The notes: generated by a model not told the origin, from the sequence alone. Counted from the stretch's first letter, positions 28,621 through 41,895 are shown. The stretch is 64,000 nucleotides of DNA from Octopus vulgaris (GCA_951406725.2 OX597837.1:18724001-18788000), one strand, 5' to 3'. Program-made: numbers and translations.

Positions 28621-30027
28621 ATGTGTGAAAAGTACCGGACAGTTATGGTTGGGACAGTTTTGAATCAAAGACTATATATATAAAATGCCACTTTCTATGA
28701 CCTCAAGTTGATCCATAATTTGTGAGTAAAACTGAGTAGATGGAAGTTGCAAAGGAGCCCGTCGGGTGGATTGTATCTAGAATTCAAAAGATACGATGTT
28801 GTCACACACTATTTCACGCTTGTTCTACTTCAGATTTGTGTTAAGGGTATACATGTCTGTGGAATGCTTAGATCATTTTATGTTAATTCAGGAGCAGGTG
28901 ATTCATTTGATTAAATAACTAAATCCTTGCTGCCGAACGACTGAGATTTTCCACCATTTATATTGGTTAAAATATTCTCAGCTAGAGACGAAGGTTAGAT
29001 TAGTTTTCAAACAAAAGAAAAAACGACTCATTCCACTAGCCATTGTCAATTCGTCAAGAAGAATGTATTTATTCTATCAACAAAGATGTACATATCTTCG
29101 TTAGATGTATGCATTTGAATAAATTTATAATTTATCCACAAACACGCGGTTTCAGTTCATTAAATTATTGATTCTCCTTGGCAGTGAATATGCAAATGAT
29201 CAAATTAAAAAAAAGTTACCTGGAATTGAGACACTCGTTCAAAAGTCACTGGCACTATCATAACGGCCAACTGTGTCATTCACCACAGCACTTTCAAAGC
29301 ATATTTTGAAACCGGGAAACAAAAGATAGAGCACCAGTATTACAGGAGTAGTGTTAGATAAGGCATATTACCATATTATGTTTAGATATTTAAGAACAGA
29401 TAAAAGCTCTGCAAATACCTGCCTCACAGAGAAACTCCACTTTATTCACCGTCATAACTAAAAGCAGCGAATTCATTTCCATCCAGTGACATACATCCAA
29501 TTTCTTTCTCAGGAATTTCAAGAAGGTCCCACTTGACGCATGCTAGATATTTATTATGGGTAAATGACTTCATCCTTAAGCCATTGTTACTGTGTACATT
29601 AGACCGAAGAGTCTAATGAACGAACTTGCGGTCCGGGTGTGTAATCGCTTTTACCTTGAACATAAACATTCATACGTATACGTGAAAACTGTTGCAGCGT
29701 CACTTACTTCCTTCACCATCAATTCACATCACCACCCATATACCTACCATCACCATATCTCTACAATAAATATCCAACCGAAACAATTGCAGGACTTGAA
29801 GAGGTTTGGATTGAGGAAAGCTGAGAAGCATTGATTCTCTTGGACATCGGTAGATCAAAGAGAAACCTATTCAGGTTTACCCAAGCGGAAATACAAACGA
29901 TTTGGCAATTTAACACTACGCAACGTCACTGTGTCATTAAATCACAGGTTTGTAGTGATATGGAGGTTTTGTCTGGGTTATGACAAAGGTTATCGTATTG
30001 AAATCAATCTACCTACCTACATACCAC

Positions 30028-30116
<89 letters not shown>

Positions 30117-30161
30117 TTATCTATCTATCTATCTGTCTATTTAACTATCTATCTATCTCTT

Positions 30162-30268
<107 letters not shown>

Positions 30269-30542
30269 CTCAGTTTGTTTCACACTATCTTTGTCTCCTC
30301 TCTTTACACGTATATTCATATGTTTATTATATACGCACATATATATGCTTATATATGTATAAATCTATGCCTATATGTATATATGTGTATATATATGTGT
30401 GTGTGTGTGGCTGTGTGTATATGTATATAATATATATATATAGGCATATATATATATATATATGTATGCGTACATATGTGTGTATGTATATATATATACA
30501 TATACATATATATACATATATGTATGTATATATATGTATGTG

Positions 30543-30577
<35 letters not shown>

Positions 30578-31075
30578 ACATATATAAAGGTATATTATGT
30601 GTATTGTGCAAGGACACACAAACGCATATATGCGCGCACACGTGCACACACACTTCCACACGCACACACAAATATACACACAATATCGACTTCCACCTCT
30701 TTCTCTCTCTCCCTATCTCTCCCTTTTCTCTTCTTTCTCCCCCTTTCTCTCTCTCTCTCTCCCACTCCCCCTTTCCCCTCTCTTTTTCTCTCTCTCTATG
30801 TCTATTTCGTTCTGTCTCGATAATTAACACAATAGTTGCACAACATTTGAATATCACAATTTATTTAATCCGAGTTTCTATGGCTTCACTTGTCATTTCA
30901 TACCGAAAATACGTTCTGCTGTTTACGTGAGATCTACGTGACTGGCTGGTTACAAATGGCACTGATATACTCGCTAAATTGTTTTACACAGTCACCAACA
31001 GATTCTGGGTTCGAGTCATGTAGGAGGTTATTTATTTTCTACATTTTGATTGTATCTACCCACGTAAGTGTGTTT

Positions 31076-31490
31076 GTGACTGCGTGGTAAGAAACTTTAT
31101 TCTCAACCACATGGTTCCAGGTTCAGTTCCACTTCGTGGCATCTTAGGCAAGTGTCTTCTACTATAGCTTCGGGCTGACCAAAGCCTTGTGAGTGGATTT
31201 GGTAGATGGGAACTGAAAGGAGCCCGTCGCGTATATGTGCGTGTGTGTGTCTGAGTGTGCGTGTGTGTTTTTGCATCTGTGTTTGTCTCCTACCACCACA
31301 TGACAACCGGTTTTGGCATGCTTACGTCATCGTAACCTAGCGGTTCGGCAAAAGATACCAATAAAATAAGTACTAGGCTTTAAAGAAAATAAGTCCTGGA
31401 GTCGATTTGTTCGACTAAAAATTCTTCAAAGCGGTGTCCCAGCATGGCCGCAGTCAAATGGCTGAAACAGATAAAAACTAAAATATAAAA
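31076..31490 (+). mobile_element. Family A SINE
   Basis: Reverse complement of the 1561-1948 type, from head to tail. Confidence 0.8.
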
Positions 31491-31689
31491 GACATATGTA
31501 TGCATCTATGCATGTGTGACTGCGGTCATACCAGGGCGCCGTCTTGAAGGGTTTAGGCGAACAAATCGAACCCAGTACTTACTTTTTTGAAGTCTGGTAC
31601 TTATTCTATTGAACTCATTTGTCAAACTGCTAAGTTACGTAAACGAGCCAACGCTAGTTGACAAGTGGTGAAGGGTGACAGGCACAAAA

Positions 31690-31746
<57 letters not shown>

Positions 31747-31946
31747 TACATACATACATACATACATACATACATACATACATACATACATACATGCATA
31801 CATACATACATACATACATACATACATACATACATACATACATACATACATACATACATACAAACATACATACATACATACATGCATGCATGCATGCATA
31901 CATACATACATACATGCATACATACATACATACATACATACATACA

Positions 31947-31980
<34 letters not shown>

Positions 31981-31984
31981 CATA

Positions 31985-32777
31985 CGGGATGTTCAGGTTA
32001 AATTTGACGATTTTTTTGTGACTCCTATTTTCAGGAACAGCTTCATGTATTACTGAAAAGTCAACGGCGGTGGAGAGCATGAAGATTAAAGTTGTAATTG
32101 AAAAAACGTTAGCTTATATGAAGGCCTGAAAAAGAGTTACCCGTACCATGATGATTGTCACCAGTTACCAACATGCCGAGATCAGGACTGCTGCTCAATG
32201 CTCTGTGACCACTGCAACGGCTGTAAGACATGACATGGAAATCATGAAAACCAAGTACCCGCCAAACTATGATGGTCTCTGGGTGTACCTTCCGTGAGGG
32301 TGACATTACGTTGACCCACATCTTTGAACAAAGCCTTAAGCTCAGTTCAGACGGCTATAAGAAGCTGCTGGAGACTGTGGTCAAATCCTGGCTAGAGAGG
32401 ATTGCTGCTGGAAGGTAATGTGCGGCAGTAGGATTGGGCTCTTTGCTGGTTGGAAAATTCCTACAATTCCTTATTCCAATTTCTGCCCCCTAGTTTCCCG
32501 ATTGTAATCCAATGGATTACTATGTGTGGGGCGCAGCTGATGAAGACACCAACTGCTCTGTTTGCACAACAAGGCCGAGTTAGTCCCAGGGACACAATGA
32601 GGAGCGCATGCACCATGATCAGTCTTCAGGCTATGGCGAAAGCTGAGGGTGACTACTTTGAGTCATAATCTAATTGACAGCTTTTGATTTTTTAAAAAAA
32701 TAATTATATTTTTGGATGGGATATTCGGATTTCTTTTCCTTTTATAGCAAAACGTCAAATTTAACCCGAACACCTTG
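31985..32777 (+). mobile_element. Internally deleted Tc1/mariner-superfamily element (maT/DD37D-like)
   Basis: TIRs cgggatgttcaggttaaatttgacg / cgtcaaatttaacccgaacaccttg; remnant PP.SPDCNPMDYYVWG motif near 32485-32532. Confidence 0.78.
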
Positions 32778-33821
32778 TCCATAAGATAAGTTTTTTTCAG
32801 CCTACCAAATCTTTTAACAATGTTAAAATCATTTAACAGTTGAAGAGTAATTTGAGGGAATTTGGTTGCTATTTCTAGTTGGTCGAGCGACCTTGTAGAT
32901 GCTCAGTAATGAATAGATACTGTTAGTCGCTCATCACTTGATATTCGTGATCCCAACGTGGAGCCTGGCACAATTGTGGTGTCCAAATATGGGTCCAAAT
33001 ATTTTTTCTTTAGTGGGACATCTTTCTTTTCTTACTCAATAATATACTTTTTTTAAAATTTTATTCAGTATATAATGAGTTACTGATAGATTTTTTGTAT
33101 TAAATAATTGTGATAAAATGTCAAAAATATAGTTTTTTTTCCTAATCATTAGAGGGGTGTACATTTTTCTGGAAAGTTATAGCGGAGCCTGGGGTAAAAT
33201 AGGTTGGTAAACGCTGGTCTATAAGGAGATCAAAGAGCTACATGTTTAAAATTATTATCTTTCCGACCTTGTATAAAAAAAAGATGCGATGGTCACCTTT
33301 GTCAAAGGCTTTGACGAAATCCAAGAAGATACAACAAAATCTTGATCCAAATGATAGACGTTTCAGAATTCAGTTGCTTTGTTGATGCTGTATGAAATAA
33401 TTTTCGAGGAAGCAAAAGCTACGTTAAAGAGGTTCCGTTAATGTGAAGAATTTATCTTATGTCTGCACACGAGATCGCGATTACGCCTTCGTTATAATTC
33501 CATTCACAGGCTTTATAGAAATATTAAATTTACCCCGTGTACTTGACTGGTGTTTTATCTTATTAGTGTATATGTGGGTAATGTTTCTGAACGCTTCTAT
33601 GTATGTATGTATGTATGCATGTATGTATGTATGTATGTATGTATGTATGTATGTACACGTGTGTGTGTGTATGTGTGTGTATACGTCATGAATATAATAA
33701 TGTAAAAACAAAAAGCAAATCTTTGACAGCAGGAGATCTGATAATTCAAGAATTTAAGAACGAAATTGCTGGAATAAAAATATCAGGATTCAGTCGTATG
33801 TATGAATGTATGTATGTATAC

Positions 33822-33875
<54 letters not shown>

Positions 33876-33962
33876 TATATATATATATACATGTTTCTGT
33901 ATGTATATATATATCTCTCTGTATATATATATATATATATATACATGCATACACGCACGCAT

Positions 33963-34025
<63 letters not shown>

Positions 34026-34367
34026 TTACAAAAACACACGTACATTTTATATATCCGCTTAAACAGAAATTTATATTTACATATATATATATAAATCAGT
34101 AAATACGGCTTAGCAATAGTAAGACAAAGGCGGTGTGTTGTAGTGGAACCAGCTGTGTAAACTGGGCTGTTGAGAGATCGGTATCTGAGATGGAGAAGTA
34201 GTGGAGGAGGGGAATGGGGGAAGCGAGGTTGTAAGGATATAAGCATTGGTGCGTGCGTGTGTGGAAGGTGGTGAAGGGGGAAGGGCACTTCAGCATTATT
34301 AAATGATTCAATCTACGAGGGGAGTGGGATGTAACAACCTACTTACATCTCACCTTCCCGCTGATAT

Positions 34368-34413
<46 letters not shown>

Positions 34414-34416
34414 AAG

Positions 34417-34493
<77 letters not shown>

Positions 34494-34507
34494 CATGTAT
34501 ATATATA

Positions 34508-34573
<66 letters not shown>

Positions 34574-34908
34574 TATATACATATATATATATGTATATAT
34601 ATACATACATATACATATACATATATATATATATTTATACATATATATATAATATACATATATATACATATATATACATATATATATATACATATATATG
34701 TATATATACACACACATACACATACACCTACATATATACATATATATACATGCATACACGCACGCACACATACTTATACACGCAAGCATGTATACATGAA
34801 CATATGTGTGTGTGTGTCTGTGTGTGTGCAAGCAAATGTCTGCCCATTATGCGTGTGTGCATACGCGTGTCACAGAGAGAGACAGAGAGAGAGAGAGAGA
34901 AAGAAGGA

Positions 34909-34943
<35 letters not shown>

Positions 34944-35339
34944 TAAGAAAGAAAGAAAGTAAGAAAGAAAGAAAGAAAGCGGGAGCTTAAGCGAGTGGGT
35001 GGGTGAGAGTGCCTTTGGCCAACTGTGTTATCGGCCCGGTTTCGATTCCTTGGAGCCGTATACACCATTGTCATATCGGCTCACCTCTCTTGCACATCTC
35101 AGTTAAACGTCTTCTGTTGCTGATTTTGTAGTTTATTGTTTATTGTTGATGCTCGAGTGATGGGGGTGACGGCGGAAGTGGTTGTCGTAGTGACGGGGAT
35201 AAAGCTTTGGTTTACTAAACAATTTATTTTACATATCACATCTACCTTAGTCTTACTATTTCAGCCACTTCTCAGTCTCTCAATCTCTCTCACCCTCTCT
35301 GTCTGTCTGTCTCTCTCTCTGTCTGTCTGTCTGTCTCTG

Positions 35340-35370
<31 letters not shown>

Positions 35371-36749
35371 GTCAGCTTTGCGCAGAGGCGGTGCCGTAGC
35401 CAATGAGGGTTATCCGAGGCGTGGTTATTGTTAGTTGAAAACTATTTCTGTCTCTGTCTCTCTCTGTCTCTCTTCATATCTCGCATCACCGAATCCCGAT
35501 GTGTTAGAAATAGCAGTCAAATCTCCATCAAATCTCACCTTAGCGTCTTTAGAACCAAATAGAAAAAGAAGGGAACTGGCCCATTAGATAACGTAGTTCT
35601 ACAAATTCGTAATAGTCGGAAAGATAATGTCTGGAACAGTTGTTTATAAGATTCCTCAATTAGGTCTCACCTGTTTGTATGCTGGTGATCTGACCCTTTG
35701 CAGTGTCCCAGAACAGACAGAATGCAGTAGCAAGGGTCTCTTTGATATTGTCTGTTGATTTACGTTGGAGTTTCAACACCTGACGACGTATACCAAAGTG
35801 AGCTGATCCATCTGTAAGTATCATAGACAGAATGTAATGGAAGAAGAAGAAGAAGAAGAAGAAGAAGAAGAAGAAGAAGAAGAAGAAGAAGAAGAAGAAG
35901 AAGAAGAAGAAGAAGAAGGATGAGGAGGACGAGGTGGAGGTGCTGGTGGTTGTTGTAGTAATGGTAGTAGTGGTGATGGTAGTGGTAATGATGGTGTGTG
36001 ATAACGATACGATAACGAAGATTCGGTTACGATGAATATAGGAAGAGGCGGTGGGGGTACTTATTGATTTTATATTTGTTTTTATGAGAAACATTAATTT
36101 GGTAAACATTTCTGAAAGGACTGCAGTTGTTTCCAACGCACCATCTATTATGAACAAACGAGGGATTTCCTCAGTGGTCACTCGGTCTCCTAAAGGTAGC
36201 TATCATATCCAACGTCTCAAAAAAAAAAAACCCAGAAAGGACACTTTAATGTAAGAATCTTCTCAAGAAGATAGAGTGGTTACGACTGAAAGACTCTTCA
36301 TCATAACAATATCGCATTTAGGCCTTATAAGCTGCAGAAACTCAAAATGAATGAAAAGTATATATGTTTTCAATTGAAGTGACTACTAATTTTTTTTTTC
36401 GCGCCGACTCTTAAGAAAGGAACAGAGGCCCTGGAACTTGCAGATCTTCTGGAATTCGTGAAAGTAATACTGTTAATGTCCCGTTTAAACTGTTGCAGAT
36501 CAAAACCTGCTGGTATGACATGAGTAAGAAGTTTCTAGAGTTCATATGTTCTGGGGAAGAAGAGTCGGGAATAGTGATTAGTGCAAGGAAAGGATGCCGA
36601 GAGGTAAAAAAACGAGTAGGACAAAGATGCCTTAGTTGTGGGGAATACGAGACCAGCCAGACTTGAAGAGCAGAGACCGGTCTAGTAACGAGAAGATATG
36701 TAAACAATGATGATGGAATACAATATATCTTTCTCTTTTTTGAAGATTT

Positions 36750-38208
36750 AACGCATGATGGCAGCTTTTTCGTGAAATTGAATCACGGACGGTCATGAAA
36801 TTCGTCTTTTTGTAAAGCAAAGGAGCGACGGAAATCCATGGCAAGATGAAGGAAGTCTTGAAGGATGGTTGTCCATCTTACTCTGCAATGAAAATCTGGG
36901 TGTCAAGGTTTCGGCGTGGTCATTTCGAGGTCACAGATGAATCCCGGCCAGGACGGCCAACATCCGCGACCACAGAGAAGAAAGCCAATGCTGTACACGT
37001 CATGATTCTCGAAGACCGCTGGATTTCAGCTAAAGTCAGCTGAAATTCTGGGGAATTCCATTGAAAGTGTTACCGTATTTGATGGCCTATAAGACGCACG
37101 AGTGCATAGGATGCATCCTAGCCTAGGCTATACTTTTGTAAAATAAACTACTACTAAAATAATGTTTTAATTCCTCTACTTACCTTTATATTATTACCGG
37201 TAATTATAAGCAATTTATTGCATCCATATTCGATATAAACATACCATAGGCAATTGTTTACCAATAGATAGCAGCACACGCTTTGTAAACATACATACCG
37301 TAGGCGATTGGCAACGCCCTGCCGTCCAAGAGTTTTGAGTGCATTGGACGCAGGGGGTTTTTAAAGCCATTTTGGGGTAAAAAAAAAAAAGGCCATCAAA
37401 TACGGTAGCCACATCATCCACAGCATTCCGGACACGAGAAAGTTTCCGCAAAATGGGTGCCAAAATGCCTGAATGCAGATCAGAAGCGCATCAAAGTACG
37501 ACATCAAAGGTGATTTTGGACGGAAGGGCTAATTTTATTTTTTTTATGGCTCGTTTAGTCACGATGGATGAAACTTGACTTGGTCATTATGATCCCCAGA
37601 CCAAGGAGCAATCAGCGAAGTAGTGTCACAGCGGTTCACCGCATCCCAAGAAGTTTCGGACCCAGAAGTCACAGATTGTGGCTTCAGTGTTCTGGTACAA
37701 AGACGGAGTACTTCTCATAAAGTTCCTGCGAAAGGGTCGCGTCATCAACGCAGAATACTACATGTCTTTGTTGGCCGAATTGCGTGAAGCTTCAAAGTAG
37801 AAACGCCGTGGAAAGCTGAACTGTAGTGTCCTGTTTTTGCAGGACATTGCACCAGCACACACAACACATGAAACTCCACGGTAAATACGCGACTTTGGCT
37901 TCGAATTTGTTGACTACGTACCTTACTCTCCTGACTTGACCCGCTCTGACTATCACCTCTTTCCACAACTGAAGAAACATCTCAAAATAACGGAATTTCA
38001 CTCCGATTCGGAAGTAATCGCTGTTACAGATTCTTGAATGGAGACCCAACCTTCTGAGTTCTTTTACAGGGCTTAGAAAAACTGAAGGAGCGCTGCAATA
38101 AGTGTGTGAATCTGAGAGGGGAATATGTTAAATAAAATCATAATTAACTGACTCCCCACCACCATATTTTCTTTTACTCGAAGCCAAGAACTTTTCAGTA
38201 CCTCTTCG
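36750..38208 (+). mobile_element. Degenerate mariner transposon ending about 165 bp upstream of the Dmrt2 exon acceptor
   Basis: CPSYSAMKIWVSRFRRGHFEVTDESRPGRP, LVTMDET, PYSPDLTRSDYHLFPQLKKHL; right TIR gaacttttcagtacctcttcg|TA. Left TIR not found. Confidence 0.85.
37073..37405. mobile_element. MITE (pogo/Tc2-like ends) nested in the mariner
   Basis: Perfect 15-bp TIR ccgtatttgatggcc / ggccatcaaatacgg with TA on both sides; mariner coding sequence resumes after it. Confidence 0.88.
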
Positions 38209-38267
38209 TACACTACACAGCTTAACTTCGGTTTCGAAACTCTTTAGACAATGTGTTGTTGTTGTTG

Positions 38268-38304
<37 letters not shown>

Positions 38305-38387
38305 ATTGTTGTTGTTGTTGTTACTTAAATTTCTCTCCTTCATTTTATTCTTTTGCTTCTTTCTTTATTTCCAGTGAACGAACCAAT

Positions 38388-39004
38388 ATGGAGGTGGAGT
38401 GTAGACCAGATAACTCTATAAGGAATGGTCACTATAGCAACAGACTGCTTGACAGTGCGATTTACACGTACAGAAACGCCAAACACCTGCCGTCAGCTTT
38501 AATGTCTTTTTCTCCGCGTTCAGCATCATCGTCGTCCTCATCATCGTCATCGTCGACGTTGTCATCATTATCCTCTTCCTCCTCACCCTCCACCTCCTCA
38601 CCCTCCTCCTCCTCATCATCGTCATCATCATCGTCTGCAGTATTCTCATCAACCGCCACATCATCATCTCCAAAAACAACATTAACTACAACATCGTCGA
38701 CGTTGTCGTTATCCTTGAACCAAAACAAACTTCCGGGACCGCTGAAATCAACAATTATAAGGACTGAAGCCCACCACATCGATGGAAGTCATTTGAAGTC
38801 GACTCCAACTTTCAGACAACAATCTGTTGCCTCGGTGCGTCGTTTACTGCGGACACCAAAATGTGCCCGTTGCCGAAATCACGGTGTTGTGTCATGTTTA
38901 AAGGGTCACAAACGATATTGTAGATGGCGCGACTGTCAATGTGCCAACTGTCTGTTGGTTGTGGAACGACAGAGGGTAATGGCGGCTCAAGTAGCTCTCA
39001 GAAG
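38388..39004 (+). CDS. Dmrt2: Dmrt2/Dmrt11E-like transcription factor, coding exon 1 (Ser-rich N-terminus plus DM zinc-binding domain)
   Basis: Translates [55 protein letters not shown], a canonical DM domain with the DMRT2-type LLRTPKC...[21 protein letters not shown] signature. ATG at 38388 follows a pyrimidine tract and acceptor (ttctttatttccag, ends 38374). Donor AG|gtaaaa after 39004 (phase 2, at the usual LRR|xQA position). Confidence 0.93.
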
Positions 39005-39138
39005 GTAAAAACATGTTTCTTATGTTTTTCTTTTGCATATTCCAATTATTTGTAGAATGAGTTTGCTGTTATCATTGTTATTGCCATTGTGGTTCGTTGG
39101 TTTCTTTGAGTTAGCCAAATTATTATCAAGTTCGTCCT

Positions 39139-39350
39139 TAAAGTGGCGAACTGGCAGAATCGTTAGCACGCCTAGCGGCATTTCGTACGTCTTCGCGTTT
39201 TGAGTTCAAACGCCGCCAGGGTCGACTTTGCCTTTCATCCTTTCGGGGTCGATAAATTAAGTACCAGTTGAGCACTGGGGTCGATATAATCGACAAGCTG
39301 CTCCCCCAGAATATAAGGTCTGCAGTATGGTTACAGTAGAAAGGATTATT
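39139..39350 (+). mobile_element. SINE family B in Dmrt2 intron 1
   Basis: aagtggcgaactggcagaatcgttagcacg..gagttcaaac..gggtcgactttgcctttcatcctttcggggtcgat. Confidence 0.8.
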
Positions 39351-39847
39351 AGGTTCGTCCTTCATGTCTCTGAAGACTCACAGGTTATCACTCTGAAGAC
39401 ATCCAGATTATCAGCGTTTCTATCGGTGTCATGAAATCTGCGTTACCGTGGGAGAACGTAATAGCAGGGTCATAACCCGGAGGGACTCTTGCTCTTTCCA
39501 TGCAGGTCTCCTTTCTTTAGCTTCTCTGGTCATATCTGATTCTCAGAATTGTATTCGAGAGTACACAGTACTACACCACAGAGAGCGATCTCGAGCAGTC
39601 ACAAGGTTTTAAGCCAATTAGATAGATTTGTTCAAATTGTTCAAATTGGGCTGTCCGCTAAGAGAAGCCCTTTTCCCCGCCGTACACGATGATGGATTTT
39701 TTTGTATATCATTGTGGCTGATGGTGAAGCATCAAACCCTCAATGCTTTTTGGTGGGGATTGGCGTACTACACAAAGCATAAGATATCAATCGTCAGCTT
39801 TTGTAGAGGCCTCATTGACAATTCTCTAATTGGGATCCGTATTTCTA

Positions 39848-39985
39848 GTCATAAATGATATTGTAGTTGGCGCAACTGTCAATGTGCCAACTGCTTGTTG
39901 GTTGTAGAACGACAGAGAGTAATGGCGGCTCAAGTGGCACTCCTTATTACCATTGTGGTTCGTTAGCTTCTTTGTGCTGGTAAAA
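39848..39985 (+). pseudogene. Decayed partial duplicate of the DM-domain exon 3' half plus adjacent intron sequence
   Basis: Aligns codon by codon to about 38904-38999 ([30 protein letters not shown]) with 10 differences in 31 codons, including CGA to TGA. It then jumps, skipping the splice donor, to a copy of intron sequence near 39078-39120 (ccattgtggttcgtt). Confidence 0.85.
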
Positions 39986-40621
39986 TATGATAACTAAATA
40001 GTTTGTGTGTTCGTGTAGCGTTTTGTATTATTGAATGTCAACTACGTAAGCTGAATGTTGTTGAGATAATGCATTTAATTTCTAATATTTTTTGTCTTCT
40101 ATGTTTTCTTTCCATATTGATAACAAATGTTTGTCATTCTTCTGTTTTCCTATTCTATATTTATTTTTGTTAGTTATCCCCGTTATTTATCCCCGGTTTT
40201 TATCAAATTGGCTATTTCAGTTAAGTAATTCTTACTCAACTGAGCATAGCACGGCAAAGTCTCCATGTATAAATGACATCATTGTCATGGCGGGACATCA
40301 TTATCACAGCATCGTAATCTTTCTTGTAATCCTTTATAACGAAAGATCAAAAGGAAAGTAGTAAAAAATAAAACAAGCATCCAGGACGCAAAATGGGATC
40401 GAACTCGGACTTTCATGGCTGTGAAGTGTGATTCTTAATCACAGTGGTATATATGCGTGTGAGTGTATTATATATGTATGTGTGTGTGTTTGTGTGTATA
40501 TATATGAGAGAGAGAGAGAGGGGGGAGATAATGATGCAAATAAATAAACAAACCGCTTGGGCTAGATATATAAAATATATATACATGTTTACATGTAAAT
40601 AGAGAGAAAACAATGACTTTG

Positions 40622-40840
40622 TTTTCTCTCTATTTACATATACAGGTTGCGTAAGGCATTTGAGGACAGACCTTTGTGAGTCATTGCTGCATTTTTTTTT
40701 TATTCAGAAAATATTGGCAGATCTTCAGCTTACTCAAGAAATGAAGAAGCATGCTGTTATTGTGGTTATAAAGGCTGAGCATAGCGATTCAGAAATACCT
40801 CAATTTTTAAAAGTTGCCAGACAAACCATCTTTCTGGGAC
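40622..40840 (+). mobile_element. Tc1/mariner-superfamily 5' fragment
   Basis: TA|cagg start; translation ADLQLTQEMKKHAVIVVIKAEHSDSEIPQFLKVAR resembles a transposase N-terminal HTH. Confidence 0.5.
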
Positions 40841-40844
40841 TCTG

Positions 40845-41400
40845 AAGGATGACTGGTGGTTAAGAAAACGTTTCTTGAACGAAGTACTCGTCGAACCAAT
40901 ATATTTATAAAGATATTTATAAATATTTATAAACATGTTACCTCCTGGTAACATATGGGGCGGGGATAGTCATCTCATCGGTGGAACCGGGAATGACAGA
41001 TACCTCCTCCAAGTCGCTGGCTCTGGACAGGTCATTATTTCAAGGTGTGGTGTTTGTACTGGTCTCTCTATCTGCATCTATGATTTGTTCATTATCGGTG
41101 GCGGTGGTATCGAGATCTTCGGTGACGCTCTCTCTGCGATGCTGGTCCCGGTTTGGTTATTATCTCTGGGCGTGGCAACTGAGACGTGGTTAATCTGCTT
41201 TTCGATGTCACATTACTGTTATTACGGGTATTAGGTCTAGGTATCACCGTAGCCTCATATATGACCCCTTCAGTCTCGCACCGGGTTCCTACTGGACAGT
41301 TATTATATACTTTGAAAGAGCAACCTGCCTCCCCCCCCTTGTATTGTGTTTATTTGTTTATTTTGCTTATTTGCATCATCTGGAGATGATCTTACAGTAA
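40845..41400 (-). mobile_element. Penelope-like GIY-YIG endonuclease fragment
   Basis: Minus strand CSFKVYNNCPVGTRCETEGVIYEATV (about 41245-41323) and YIGSTSTSFKKRFLNHQSSF (about 40845-40903). Confidence 0.78.
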
Positions 41401-41618
41401 CTCTTTACCCCGCAGACTTAGTCCTCGGTAAAGACTTCGGAGTGTAAGTTCAAATCATTTGAGCGCCACCAAGTGTTTTCTATATTGAGCATCTCTGAAT
41501 CTCTTCTGTTAGTTGTCCATAAGTCATAAAGAAGGTCACTCTAAAAGAAATTTTGCGCAGTTATATATTTTATGTAGTCCAGTCGTATGTTCTTGGTTAT
41601 GGCATGTAATCAGTCGGG

Positions 41619-41679
41619 AAGTTACCATTAGTTTCACGTCTACTATTGTTTTTGGCAAAACAGACGACTCATCAGACCT
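41619..41679 (-). ncRNA. Type I hammerhead ribozyme motif, antisense within Dmrt2 intron 1
   Basis: Minus strand: AGGU-CUGAUGA-G-U-CGUCU..AGACG-U-GAAAC-UAAUG-GUA-ACUU. Intact core, 4-bp stem I, GUA triplet; about 250 nt from a same-strand GIY-YIG fragment. Confidence 0.72.
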
Positions 41680-41895
41680 GCTGGACGGAAGCACGTAGCC
41701 TCTTTGCGAACGGAAGTAAATATAGTCTTGGCCAGTTTGGTGGGGAAAACAAAACCAAGACAAAACGAAACAAAGGCTTTTTTCGATAAATGTATATAGA
41801 CGCGCGCGCGTGTTTCGTCTTCGCCTTAATAGTGTATGAGATAAAAGCAAAAACCAGAAAGTCAAAGATGAACAGATGGCAGAGGGGTTGCGAGC

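Noticed and set aside
38253-38387. N-terminal extension (MLLLLCCCC..) of the 251-aa DM ORF
   Set aside because: Non-ATG start inside a (TTG)n microsatellite, upstream of a clear splice acceptor at 38374; intronic.
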